From the NCBI GenBank assembly GCA_020137815.1, contig CM035350.1, positions 3,782,001 through 3,846,000 of the forward strand: a stretch of DNA of 64,000 bases, written 5' to 3'. Below the pieces are notes generated by a model. The model was not told the origin of the DNA. It saw only the letters and a list, made by a program, of their open reading frames with translations, and did not search any database. Shown here piece by piece: positions 33,709 through 48,408 of this stretch (the first letter of the stretch is position 1; each line of letters opens with the position of its first letter). A program made the position numbers and the translations under genes. The DNA is from Hormiphora californensis. Taxonomy: Eukaryota > Animalia > Ctenophora.

Positions 33709-36700
33709 CTAGATCATCCTCTCGATCACTCTGGGACTCACTCCTCGCTTTGTGAGTACATCAGCGGGGTTAGACTTCGACTCCACCCAGTTGATGGATG
33801 CTTCTCCCTTTTCGACCTTCTCTTGAACTTCACGTAGCTCCAAGATGCTTCCCTTATCGGTTGGTACAGCTGAGACGGAGTTTGCCAAACTCACAACTTG
33901 TGCGGAGTCTGTGTAAAGTCTGATGGGAGGGTCAAAAGATAGTTCCTGGAGGAGGGCTTTGATCATAACTCCATATCCCAATCCTTCAGATACAGCATAC
34001 AATTCTGCGGCAAAGACGCTCTTCACTACACGTTTTACCTTGCCACACGAGTAGGCGATCAAATTGAAATCAGAGCTGTCTCCCCAGAAAACTACAACTC
34101 CTGCTCCGCTCTTTCTGTCAGCTAGGTTGCCGAGACTGGCATCAGTGTAAACAATTATCTCAGCTGTGGTAGGGTTAAAAGGGGAAAAGGTTATCGTTGA
34201 AGGAGAAAGGTTGGTCACAATCTTCTTCAGTTCTTTGAACTCTTTGCCGGTCCAGGGTGATTTCGTCGTAATGTCAAGGAGACTGAAACTGATCTGTGGC
34301 ATACTTTGGGTAGCCAGCCAGTTCAACTTTCCGATCACCGTTCTCATATAGGATTGAAGATTCTCATCAACCTCTTCTTGATTCTGTGGTACCGGTTTAA
34401 CAGCTTTCATCTTGTCCAGGATATCCTCTCTCACAAACTTACAATACTGTTCCTGGGTTACACAAATGTCAATTCCTTGCTGTTTCAACTGCCATCCCAG
34501 GTAGTTGAATTCAGTTGTTTCAACTCTTCCTATCTTGTAGTTGTCAAGAGCGGGTTTAACTTTCTTGTAGAAGTTGTGATCACCAGTAATAAGAATATCA
34601 TCCACATGAATTACTAGTAATCCTTGTAGTTTCCCGTCATCTCCAGTGGTGAAAAATACATTCTTGTCAATTCTTGACATCTGGAGAGTGTTTTTCAAAG
34701 TTGCGGTGAGTGACATGTACCATCTTCTTCCCGCGTCACCAAGACCGTACAGTGGTTTATTTAGTTTCCACAGTACATCCTTCCTCTTGAGGTAAGCTGG
34801 GGGTTTGATGAACACATCTCTTGTCATCTTATCTGACTGCAGGTAGGCACTGGTTACATCAACACTTTTCAGGGTCCAGTTACTGGTAGTTGCCAAACTT
34901 AGCAAGATCCTCACTGCGTGTTTAGTAACAGTCGGTGAGTTAGTCGGGTCCTCGAGTTTTTCCTCAAATCCTCGGGCCACCAGCCTGGCTTTCACTGTGC
35001 CATCATCTTTCCGTGTCATCACCCATCTGGTGGTGACTGGTTGTTGTCCTGTATCGGGTACTTCCTCGAAAACATTGAATTCACGGAGTTTGTCAATCTC
35101 CCTATTTCGTGCTGTCTGCACTTCTTCCTTGCCCAGTTTAGATGCGGCAAGAAGAATGATCTCCTCAGCATCAGAATCGGGATCTGAGTCCTCTGTGTCT
35201 TGATCTGGGGTGTTTGCTGCGTCCTCTGTGGGCTCTGCAACATCCTCTTTTGGCGTTAACGTGTCCTCATTGGAGTCAGTCTTTTCCTCATTGGGTCTGG
35301 CGCTGTCCTCTGTGGGATCTGGCTCTATGTCTCTCTGACCAGGTGTATCCTCAGTATCCGGGCTGGTTTCACTTTCAGGAACTCTCACAACAACAGGTCC
35401 ACTTGTTGTGGCCTCATCCTCCTGCTGGTCCTCGGTTGGGACGGCTATCTCTGCATAAGTAGGTTCTCTGGGAACTTCTTCAATGTTACTCTCACTGTGT
35501 CCATCTTGTGGAGTGTCCTCTTCGGGATCTGTTTCACTAGGGATGAGTAATTCATCTGCAGGATGCTCTGGTGGGGGGATTTGTCGTCTGTTGTGCCGGA
35601 GATTGTATTTTCTGGTCGGTTCACGGACTGTCTTCTTTGGACGTCTGACTCTGCTAGCCTTCGGTGGCTGCAATTTAGATTTCTCTATCGGTTCCGGGAC
35701 ATCTTCATCAGTCGTCACTTCCGGTGCAGTCTGCATCTCGGGGACGTGTCTCTTGGAACTTGATTCCTCGTTTCGTTTGTACTCCTCTTTCCGTTGTTGG
35801 TCCTCTGGGGGTTCTTGTCTTTGTTGTACCAGTCTCACTTTGCATGGGTGTGCTCTTAGTAGTTGTCCGCCGTGTTTAATCAGTACTTGGTTCTCAGTCA
35901 TTCCAACTACAGTTGCAGGTCCCAACCAGGTCTTGTGTTGCTCACGTTTATAATACACCTTATCTCCCTGGACGTAGGTGGTCTGATCCTGTGTTGGTCC
36001 TGAACTTGCTAGAGCTCTCTTTAATCTGCTTGCATTCTCGAGTTGGATGAATTTCTCCCTGGCGGTCTTCATGGCTTTGATATTGTCTGAAATCACTTGG
36101 TCCTCACTCTTCTGGTCTCCATGGGCAGGTAAACAATCATCGTTCAGTACACTGGGGAAGGTAGGATTGCTCCCAAACACGAGTTGGTGTGGTGAGAATC
36201 CCATCTGGTTAGTCAACTGGTTCTTCGCATTGGAAGCCCAAGCACAAGCTACAGTTATACTGCACTTCGTGTCATCTTTGGTCTTCTCAACCATCTTTCC
36301 AAGAATACTGTTATGTCTCTCACAGATCCCATTGCACCAAGGACTTTCTGCTGGAGTAGACTTTAATTCGATTCCAAGTCTGCTCGCCATCTCAAGTAGG
36401 GTATCATTGATGAACTCGCCACCGTTGTCGCTGAGAATTCTCTGTGGACGTCCAAAAATGCTAATCCAGCTTGTGAAGAACTTCTGGGTGATCTCAGTTC
36501 CAGTTTTTGATTTCACGGGGACCATTACACTGTATCTGGTCAGTGTGTCAATGATGTGTAGTACCCAGCATGATTCTCCAGACTTGAACTTCAGCATCTT
36601 GAGATCCATAGCGAGACATTCGTTGAATGTTTTGCTGAGAGGTAAAGCTACTTTCCTCCGTGGTTTGGATGCACTGTGTTCGAGACAGTTTTCACATTCT

Positions 36701-38028
36701 TGTGTGACCCTGGTGAGTTCTTGACAAATCTCAGACTTTCGAGGGTGATCCGAGGATTTAACAATATCCTGGATCTTGGAGACTGAACCATGAGCAAAGT
36801 ACTTGTGGAGTTTCTTGGCAATTGCTGGAGGAGAGATCCCTGAACAAGAATTTGTTAACAAAGTAGTGGGTGAAAGCTTCTTATTAAGGTCAATTGTCAC
36901 ATGTCCAGTGTCAGTAAGATGTAATGTAGTTGTCTTACCCGAGACACGGAGTTGATCCCTCTCAAAGTCAATCACTGCACCCATCTGACTCAATAAGTGC
37001 CTGGATAGGAGAAGGGGAATGTTAATATCAAGAACATATACCGCAAACTCAGTAAACTTCACACCGAAAATATCAGTTGGGATATAAGCAATCATAGTAG
37101 AGTTAACTCCTGATAAATCACCAAATGTAAATCTTCTCTGTTCACATGATTCTCTTCTCACTCGAATACACGACTCTTTCTCAAAATTCTTTAACCAATC
37201 ACTGCCACACACACTCTTAGCGGCGCCAGTATCAAGCAACGCACGAAGTCCCACTTGCTCGGATAAAGACAAGACATAGTCCGTTTCAACGCTCATCTTG
37301 TACACTCCTGTGGCATCGCCACTCTGACCTCGTCGACCCCCAGATCCACGCTGACCACGTCCTCCACCACGTTTTCCCCGTACGGCACCACGCCGATTGT
37401 AACACTCAGAGGCAATGTGACCAGTCTTCTTACAATTGTAACAGACAACCAGAGTCATTGTTTCAGAGGTTTGATCGGTTTCAGCAGCTGAGGGTAGGGT
37501 CTCCCCATACGCCCTCTTCATCTGTGTGATCATGCATTCCAGACTGATTTCAACACAGGTAGCTCTGAGGAGTCGTTTCTGTTCATCGGAGATGTTAGAT
37601 TGTTCCAAAAGTCTGTAGGCTAACACTTGTGATCCATAGAGTTTGTGATGGTCATCGACTCCAGCCTGCTGTCGGAGCTCCCCAAGTCGGGTGGAAAACT
37701 CTGATATAAAATCTGACATGTTCTGATTAGCTGGTCTGATAAAGTTCTCAAAAGCTTCAATGGCGGAAAAGAGTGAAACAGTTTTGTCTCTGCCGAACAC
37801 TTTCTCGATGGCATCGAGGAGGATTTTAACACCGTTCTCGGACTTGAGCTGCTCGGTGGGTACGCCTAGGGCTACTTCCTTTGCACGTCCCTTCATTTGG
37901 AGAGCTAACCGGGCCGCCTGTTTCTCCTTGGGGCAGCCAGTACCTAACAGCCAGATGTCGACCTCACGGCGATAAGTCTCAAAGTTCGTTTTGTTATCAA
38001 AGACCGGGGCATGAATGTCGGATGGCAT
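33709..38028 (-). CDS. Copia gag-pol polyprotein (~1439 aa)
   Basis: CCHC knuckle CYNCKKTGHIASEC, protease LLDTGA, integrase HHCC plus D..D(SDNGGEF)..E(NGICERHN), RT KARLVARGF and HVDD, RNase H YTDAS...NPADVLTK. First ATG after the PBS is at 38028. Confidence 0.95.
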   Translation of the reverse strand: MPSDIHAPVFDNKTNFETYRREVDIWLLGTGCPKEKQAARLALQMKGRAKEVALGVPTEQLKSENGVKILLDAIEKVFGRDKTVSLFSAIEAFENFIRPANQNMSDFISEFSTRLGELRQQAGVDDHHKLYGSQVLAYRLLEQSNISDEQKRLLRATCVEISLECMITQMKRAYGETLPSAAETDQTSETMTLVVCYNCKKTGHIASECYNRRGAVRGKRGGGRGQRGSGGRRGQSGDATGVYKMSVETDYVLSLSEQVGLRALLDTGAAKSVCGSDWLKNFEKESCIRVRRESCEQRRFTFGDLSGVNSTMIAYIPTDIFGVKFTEFAVYVLDINIPLLLSRHLLSQMGAVIDFERDQLRVSGKTTTLHLTDTGHVTIDLNKKLSPTTLLTNSCSGISPPAIAKKLHKYFAHGSVSKIQDIVKSSDHPRKSEICQELTRVTQECENCLEHSASKPRRKVALPLSKTFNECLAMDLKMLKFKSGESCWVLHIIDTLTRYSVMVPVKSKTGTEITQKFFTSWISIFGRPQRILSDNGGEFINDTLLEMASRLGIELKSTPAESPWCNGICERHNSILGKMVEKTKDDTKCSITVACAWASNAKNQLTNQMGFSPHQLVFGSNPTFPSVLNDDCLPAHGDQKSEDQVISDNIKAMKTAREKFIQLENASRLKRALASSGPTQDQTTYVQGDKVYYKREQHKTWLGPATVVGMTENQVLIKHGGQLLRAHPCKVRLVQQRQEPPEDQQRKEEYKRNEESSSKRHVPEMQTAPEVTTDEDVPEPIEKSKLQPPKASRVRRPKKTVREPTRKYNLRHNRRQIPPPEHPADELLIPSETDPEEDTPQDGHSESNIEEVPREPTYAEIAVPTEDQQEDEATTSGPVVVRVPESETSPDTEDTPGQRDIEPDPTEDSARPNEEKTDSNEDTLTPKEDVAEPTEDAANTPDQDTEDSDPDSDAEEIILLAASKLGKEEVQTARNREIDKLREFNVFEEVPDTGQQPVTTRWVMTRKDDGTVKARLVARGFEEKLEDPTNSPTVTKHAVRILLSLATTSNWTLKSVDVTSAYLQSDKMTRDVFIKPPAYLKRKDVLWKLNKPLYGLGDAGRRWYMSLTATLKNTLQMSRIDKNVFFTTGDDGKLQGLLVIHVDDILITGDHNFYKKVKPALDNYKIGRVETTEFNYLGWQLKQQGIDICVTQEQYCKFVREDILDKMKAVKPVPQNQEEVDENLQSYMRTVIGKLNWLATQSMPQISFSLLDITTKSPWTGKEFKELKKIVTNLSPSTITFSPFNPTTAEIIVYTDASLGNLADRKSGAGVVVFWGDSSDFNLIAYSCGKVKRVVKSVFAAELYAVSEGLGYGVMIKALLQELSFDPPIRLYTDSAQVVSLANSVSAVPTDKGSILELREVQEKVEKGEASINWVESKSNPADVLTKRGVSPRVIERMI

Positions 38029-38044
38029 AATGTCGTCAGCTTCA

Positions 38045-38053
38045 CTGCTACCA
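38045..38053 (-). other. Primer-binding site (tRNA-iMet-like)
   Basis: Minus strand TGGTAGCAG 1 nt after the 5' LTR, complementary to the ...CTGCTACCA 3' end of animal tRNA-iMet; typical of GalEa elements. Confidence 0.85.
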
Positions 38054-38054
38054 C

Positions 38055-38385
38055 TGTCAATATGATGTTGGGAAGGTGTTTGGAATGGGAAGGTGGACGA
38101 ATGGAAACACGGTAGATAACGGGTGGTTAACAAAATAGACGGATCAGGTAGTACAACGTTAAGGTAGTTCGATATTGGGAATCTGACAAAGTGCTTGTCA
38201 ACTTAAAACTCACTCATCTTCACAAAAAGCACGTGCGCGCACTTGAAAGGTGCATTTCAAGTGCGTGCACAAAAGTGTCACATACTAATGATCAGTTCGC
38301 GCGTTACGTCCGGTAGGCGGTAACAACTGCGACAGTGTGTCCCACAGAACAATACACTCAATCTCATGACACACAGCTCATGACA
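38055..38385 (-). repeat. 5' LTR of the copia element
   Basis: Direct repeat of 33089-33419. Confidence 0.95.
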
Positions 38386-39738
38386 CTTTGTGTTTTAGCT
38401 TCCTTTATGTCCACCGCGGCAGAATGACTTACTCTGTTTCTTGTCCCACAGCTGACTAACTATACGGGCGATCTATTCGAGCCCCCGTAATCCCCCGTGT
38501 AACTGAGCCCATTCCTTTTCATCGGAAATGAATAGTTTTATTTTGTTGCTCGGTTAACGGTTTAGTTCTAAGAAGTGCTTACTCGAATATACGCCGCGGG
38601 GAGATCAAGGTTGCAGTGAAGTGAAAGGAGCCGAATTGTGAAGGTTTTAGAAATGAGTTGAACGACGCGGGTGAGAAAGAGAGAAAGAGAGAGAAAGAGA
38701 GACAGAGACAGAGACAGAGACAGAGACAGAGACAGAGACAGAGACAGAGACAGAGGCAGAGACAGATACATGGAGACAGAGACAGAGATAGAGACAGAGA
38801 CAGAGACAGAAAAAGAGACAGAAAAAGAGACAGAAAAAGAGATAGAAAAAGAGACAGAAAAAGAGATAGATAGAGAGTGACACGGTTTGACACGGTGCTA
38901 ATAGTAGTACATTATTAGTATTATAGAACATGGCGTCTCTATAGTGAGATCGATCCACAGAAGGTCAGAGCAGCAAAATAGTGAAACGGGAGGATCAGAA
39001 GTATAGAGAAAGAAGAGAGGGTCAGAGAGGAGCGTTACTAAGGATATAGTAGATTCTATTTAATGTTGTGGTCTAAATGTTGCTACCGCCGTCCCCTGAG
39101 CCACTACATGTGTTGCTCGTTACTGCAGGGAGCTATAGGGCGGTAGTTGTGCCGAGAATAGAAATAGTGAGTCGCTCTATTTTGTTTTTGTTGTGCCTTG
39201 TTGTTGAGTTGTTACATACACCGAATGAGTCTAACAGGCCAGCAGGGTTCCGCCATTATACACACTAACATGCATGTCAGCACTATATCCCTCTGTCAAG
39301 TATGTGAGGGAAATAGTACTGTCAGCTGATATATAATATGGTATATCCCTCTAAGCTACTATCTTAATGCCATTGATCGTTGGCCATATCGTCATATCAC
39401 ATTGCTAGGACTTCACCAGTTCGAGTAAGATAGGACTGGGAGGATGATAACATGATAGATGACTAGGGAAGAAAGAGTACACTGGGTATGAGTGAGAGGG
39501 CTAGCGAGAGAAGGAGAGATATAGAGATGGGGAGAGGGGGAGAGAGACGCAAGTCTCAAAGCTACTACCCATGCTAGCGCACTTTCGACACTTAGCTAGA
39601 GCTCCCCTCGTGATAGTATATTGTGCCCACATATAATTCAACCTAGTATATTGTTCTACTAGTGCTATTTATATACTGCAGCTGCTGGTTGTGTCTTGTG
39701 ATTGTGTGTTTTCAAATTTGCTTGTACATCAAGCAGCC

Positions 39739-44130
<4,392 letters not shown>

Positions 44131-44534
44131 CCAACTTGGACCGTGCTCATCTAGCCCGCAGTTGTGGCACAGAGATATCAGATAAGGACTTCAACTGATG
44201 AGAGAGATATCATCAGACTGATCACTACCACAAACAAACTATAACATTGCAAGTGTTTAGAGCTGTTTCTTTTGTGGACTGTTTTTACATATTTCTACCA
44301 ATTGAGCACACACAGAACCGGATCGGATTTGCTCTGTATTATACAGTTTACACGCGTATTGTAGTATTGAACAGTTATAAATACATTGTACAATAAGTGT
44401 AACATATGTACATGTGATTTGTACATTCCATTGTATTATTTTTTGAGAGAAGGACTTTGGGAAAACAAAACTGGCCGAACACAATATTTATTGATTTAAC
44501 TAATTTTGACAAGAAATGCCACACCTAGCCCAAA

Positions 44535-44835
44535 GGCAAAAACGCATTTACTGCAGACGTCGTGCAGACGTAGAACAGGCTATTGCTGCAGACATAAGTG
44601 TGTTTTTTTCGATTTTGGACGTCTCGGCGAATTTTCGGCCGTGAAAATTCGTTAAAATAATACGTCCGAGATCGGAAAAAAAACCTTTTGAACTATTTCA
44701 ACCCATCTGCAGTAATCCATTGTACGTCTAATTCCCGTCTGTAGTACGTCTGATAACGTCTCGTATTCTAAACGAATTTTACACCTCGTGTAGTATGTTT
44801 GGACGACGTATATATGTAGCAAATTCGTTTTTGCC
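44535..44835. mobile_element. MITE with GGCAAAAACG TIR
   Basis: GGCAAAAACGCATTT...AAATTCGTTTTTGCC, flanked by TAGCCCAAA/TAGCCCAAC (9-bp TSD, one mismatch); Merlin- or MULE-like. Confidence 0.65.
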
Positions 44836-44970
44836 TAGCCCAACTGGCAACTATGCAATATTAGTTTACTAGCAGTATCCTGTGTTGTGGTGCCGATCCT
44901 GTTTGGCATTGATTATCAAAACAATATGCTCTCAGATCATATCGGCACCGACAGGGGGAACAGTCGTGCC

Positions 44971-45045
44971 CTGTCTGGCGCCGCGATCCCAACTGAGCGC
45001 ACTGAGCACTCACACTGTCGAATGGGGTATGGTGCCGCCATACAG
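44971..45045 (+). mobile_element. Mini-element family M1 copy
   Basis: CTGTCTGGCG...GCCATACAG with exact 8-bp TSD GTCGTGCC. Confidence 0.85.
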
Positions 45046-45052
45046 GTCGTGC

Positions 45053-45172
45053 CTGAACCTCAGTTTCAGGCCATGGATATTTTCCACTGAGACCTGAGAT
45101 GTCAGGTTTCAGTGATGGCTATTCCCTGACATCTCAGGTCTCGGTGGAAAGTAGCCTGAAACTGAGGTTCAG
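45053..45172. repeat. ~120-bp foldback inverted repeat
   Basis: CTGAACCTCAGTTTCAGGC...GAGACCTGAGATGTCAGG / CCTGACATCTCAGGTCTC...GCCTGAAACTGAGGTTCAG. Confidence 0.75.
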
Positions 45173-45491
45173 CTGCAAGACTGTTTTCCCCCAGGCACTA
45201 TCTAGGTAGCCTGCTGGTGTGTGATGACTGAAATCCACAAACTATTATATGCTCTATTGAATTTGAAGTCTGAGCTGTGTTAATTCTCTGATCGATTGAG
45301 TTTTTAGCTTTTTATCCTCTATAGTTACACGTGATCGGGCCCCAGTGTGAATTATTAACGTGGTTGAATCACGCAGAGAGAGTTTAGAAATCAAAATTAA
45401 GTATAGTGTAACGCCTGTTGCTCGTTGTATTGTTTTTAGCCCATTTTACTATCACGTGTTCGGTAGGGAGAATCTGAAAATTGGTGAGCAC

Positions 45492-45890
<399 letters not shown>

Positions 45891-45893
45891 GGG

Positions 45894-45952
45894 CTATCTG
45901 GCGGCGCCAGACCGCGTTTTGATTCTCAGGTCGGGTCGGCGCCGCCAGACAG
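45894..45952 (-). mobile_element. Mini-element family M1 copy (internally deleted)
   Basis: CTATCTGGCGGCGCCAGAC...GTCGGCGCCGCCAGACAG. Confidence 0.65.
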
Positions 45953-46105
45953 ACAGACAGAGAGAGATTTAAGAGGGAGAATGACAGAAAGAGTCTGTGA
46001 GTGAGTGATATGTCAGTTGACAATTGTGCAGTGTACCAAAATTATATTTCAATAGCTTCATAAAATCCGGTCAATAATTTATTTGTCTTTCAAGGCTGAC
46101 CACCA

Positions 46106-46176
46106 CTGTCAGAGCATTGGCCTGACCCATTCTCGTTTCTCTCAAGAGAACTGTGGTCAGAGCATTGGCCTGACAG
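46106..46176 (-). mobile_element. Mini-element family M2 copy
   Basis: Reverse orientation of 12440-12506; TSD GACCACCA/GGCCACCA (7/8). Confidence 0.8.
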
Positions 46177-46259
46177 GGCCACCAGCAACGCGACGAGAGT
46201 GTATAAAACCCTAGCTGAAGCAGTGTACTCAGGCTCACTAGCTCAACTCTTGAGGCTTA

Positions 46260-46524
46260 GGGGCGATTCAAAAAGTACGTCCAGGGGTAGGGGTAGGTAG
46301 CCAATTTAGGACATCTCTGCACAAGGGGAGAGGGGGGTTGACGCAATTCGGACTGTCCCAGGTTTTGAAGAACAATTTTACTGATTTTACTAGATATAGG
46401 TGAACGAAACTCGGACAGGGGGAGCTGGAGGGAGAGGGTCTGGCAGATTCGGACAAGCCTGGACAGGGGGAGGTAGGGGGTAAAAAATGACCAAAAATCA
46501 TGGACGTCCTTTTTGAATCGCCCC
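46260..46524. mobile_element. PIF/Harbinger (Tourist-like) MITE
   Basis: TIR GGGGCGATTCAAAAAGTACGTCC / GGACGTCCTTTTTGAATCGCCCC; TTA TSD on both sides. Confidence 0.85.
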
Positions 46525-46702
46525 TTATCCAGTAGCCACTCACTGGAGCTATGTTATGCATGGTCTACTTCTAGGTAGTCCGCGGTGTAGGTTTGCGGTA
46601 AATGCCATGGGGCGGTAAATGCAATGCTAGGGCGTTATCTTTATGAAACAGAACTCACGTGCTCCAGACGTCGTCTAGACGGGTTTCCGCACGAGACGGG
46701 CT

Positions 46703-46777
46703 CTGTCTGGCGCCGCCGACCCCATCTGAGCGCACTGTGGAGAATCAAATTCAAATGGGTATGGCGCCGTCAGACAG
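46703..46777 (+). mobile_element. Mini-element family M1 copy
   Basis: CTGTCTGGCGCCGCCGACCCC..CTGAGCGCACT..TGGCGCCGTCAGACAG; no TSD seen. Confidence 0.75.
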
Positions 46778-47127
46778 CCCATCCCTACCTTTGTTTCAAC
46801 CACATCCAGGGAAATGGACGACCATCATGGCACACCGACTATGCTCTGACAGACTATATAGGCCTCCTCGCACATTGAGTAAAAGGGTGAGTGCGAAGGC
46901 TTCCCTCCTGGTAAGAGGGAAGCCTTCCCACCCAACTGCACCAATAATCGGCCCACAGAACAGTCCCCCCTGGAGACCCGCCAATATCTTGATCCGTATC
47001 ATGGATGAAGTCTGATACTGGACGGTCTCAGGGTCGCTGTCATCAGTTAGTGTTACTGTTATTATTATCGATCGAATCATGTCCTGCTAACTTAACCGGA
47101 CACCTTGGATCAAGAAATGTAAGATCA

Positions 47128-47348
47128 CTACAGTCGGACCTCGATTTACCGGGATGCTCTGGGAAATAGAATGGGTTTTGCCCGGTATATATCGGATACC
47201 GGGGTCAAATACCGTTTATTTCCTATACGGGCTGTATGGCGGCGCCATACCCCCATTTGCATTGATTCTCAGTGACAGTGCGCTCAGATGGGGTCGGCCA
47301 GACAGTATACGGGGGAAATTTATCCTCCCGGTAAATCGGGGTTCAACT
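47128..47348 (+). mobile_element. Tc1/pogo-like MITE interrupted by an M1 mini-element
   Basis: TA|CAGTCGGACCTCGATTTACCGGG...CCCGGTAAATCGGGG; colinear with the 17369 copy except for the insert. Confidence 0.7.
47232..47305 (-). mobile_element. Mini-element family M1 copy, nested
   Basis: Exact 8-bp TSD TATACGGG (47224-47231, 47306-47313). Confidence 0.85.
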
Positions 47349-48074
47349 ATACCACACGTTGAATTACAAACTAAAAACACCGTAATTTGGGACGCTTGAA
47401 AAGCCATTTTTGGTCTACAATATTCACAATCTCAATGATCTCAATGGTTGTAAACATGAACAGGCGGCGATGATCTTTCGTTCAAAACAGAGCAAAAATT
47501 GTTATCACGTATTTAACAAAATAGCCGGACCTCCACCTTAACGGGAATTAAATTAATAATTTATAAAAAACTATGAATAAACATCAAAAGAGTTGACTAC
47601 CGGTCGGGAAGCTGACATACAGTAGCTGAGTCCTTGGTGAAGAGGATCTTTACTATGCAGCAGTCCCGCCGTGTTGTATAGGAGTTCTTTACATGTGGGC
47701 GCTAAATCTCAGGATGCTATAAATATATGTGAGGAAAATGTGTATGTAAATAACAGCTAACAGCAAACCAGGATACGGAGGGGGAAATAATCAAATAATT
47801 ACTAACTAGGATCTGCAGAGTGTGTGAAATGTGTGCATTACAATAAATAAACAGAAATAGTATGTGTTAATATTATTATACGTTAAGTTAATCATCATTA
47901 TCGACAGATATCATTATCGGAGTGTAAAGGAGAATAAATATAATATAGAATTAGATACTGGGCAACAAATTAAATATAATATATATTTAAATATAATATA
48001 TATTTATCACAAGTGTCATGTGTGTTTTAAAATTCGCCTTCGCCCAGCAGAGACGGATGAAACATAAAAACAAC

Positions 48075-48216
<142 letters not shown>

Positions 48217-48294
48217 CTCTTTCTTTATCTCTCTTTCTAACGCCAATTGTTGTCAATAAGGTCCTATATATATATAATATATGGGGGGTAATCC

Positions 48295-48371
48295 CTATCT
48301 GGCGGCGCCAGACCCCAATATGATTGACTGACACTATAGTGCGCTCAGCTGGGGTCCGCGGCGCGAGACAG
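48295..48371 (-). mobile_element. Mini-element family M1 copy just downstream of the LARP4 stop
   Basis: TSD GGTAATCC/GGTATTCC (7/8). Confidence 0.75.
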
Positions 48372-48408
48372 GGTATTCCTGATATATAATGTAGTAGCAG
48401 TGTGACCG

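Larger units (their letters stand above)
33089..38385 (-). mobile_element. Full-length Ty1/copia LTR retrotransposon, GalEa-like
   Basis: 331-bp LTRs (33089-33419, 38055-38385) bounded by TGTCA/TGACA and identical by eye; 5-bp TSD CTTTG (33084-33088, 38386-38390); PBS and PPT present; single gag-pol ORF with integrase before RT. Confidence 0.97.

Noticed and set aside
38029-38133. N-terminal extension of the 1474-aa copia ORF
   Set aside because: Starts at a non-ATG codon inside the LTR and crosses the PBS; the likely start is the ATG at 38028.
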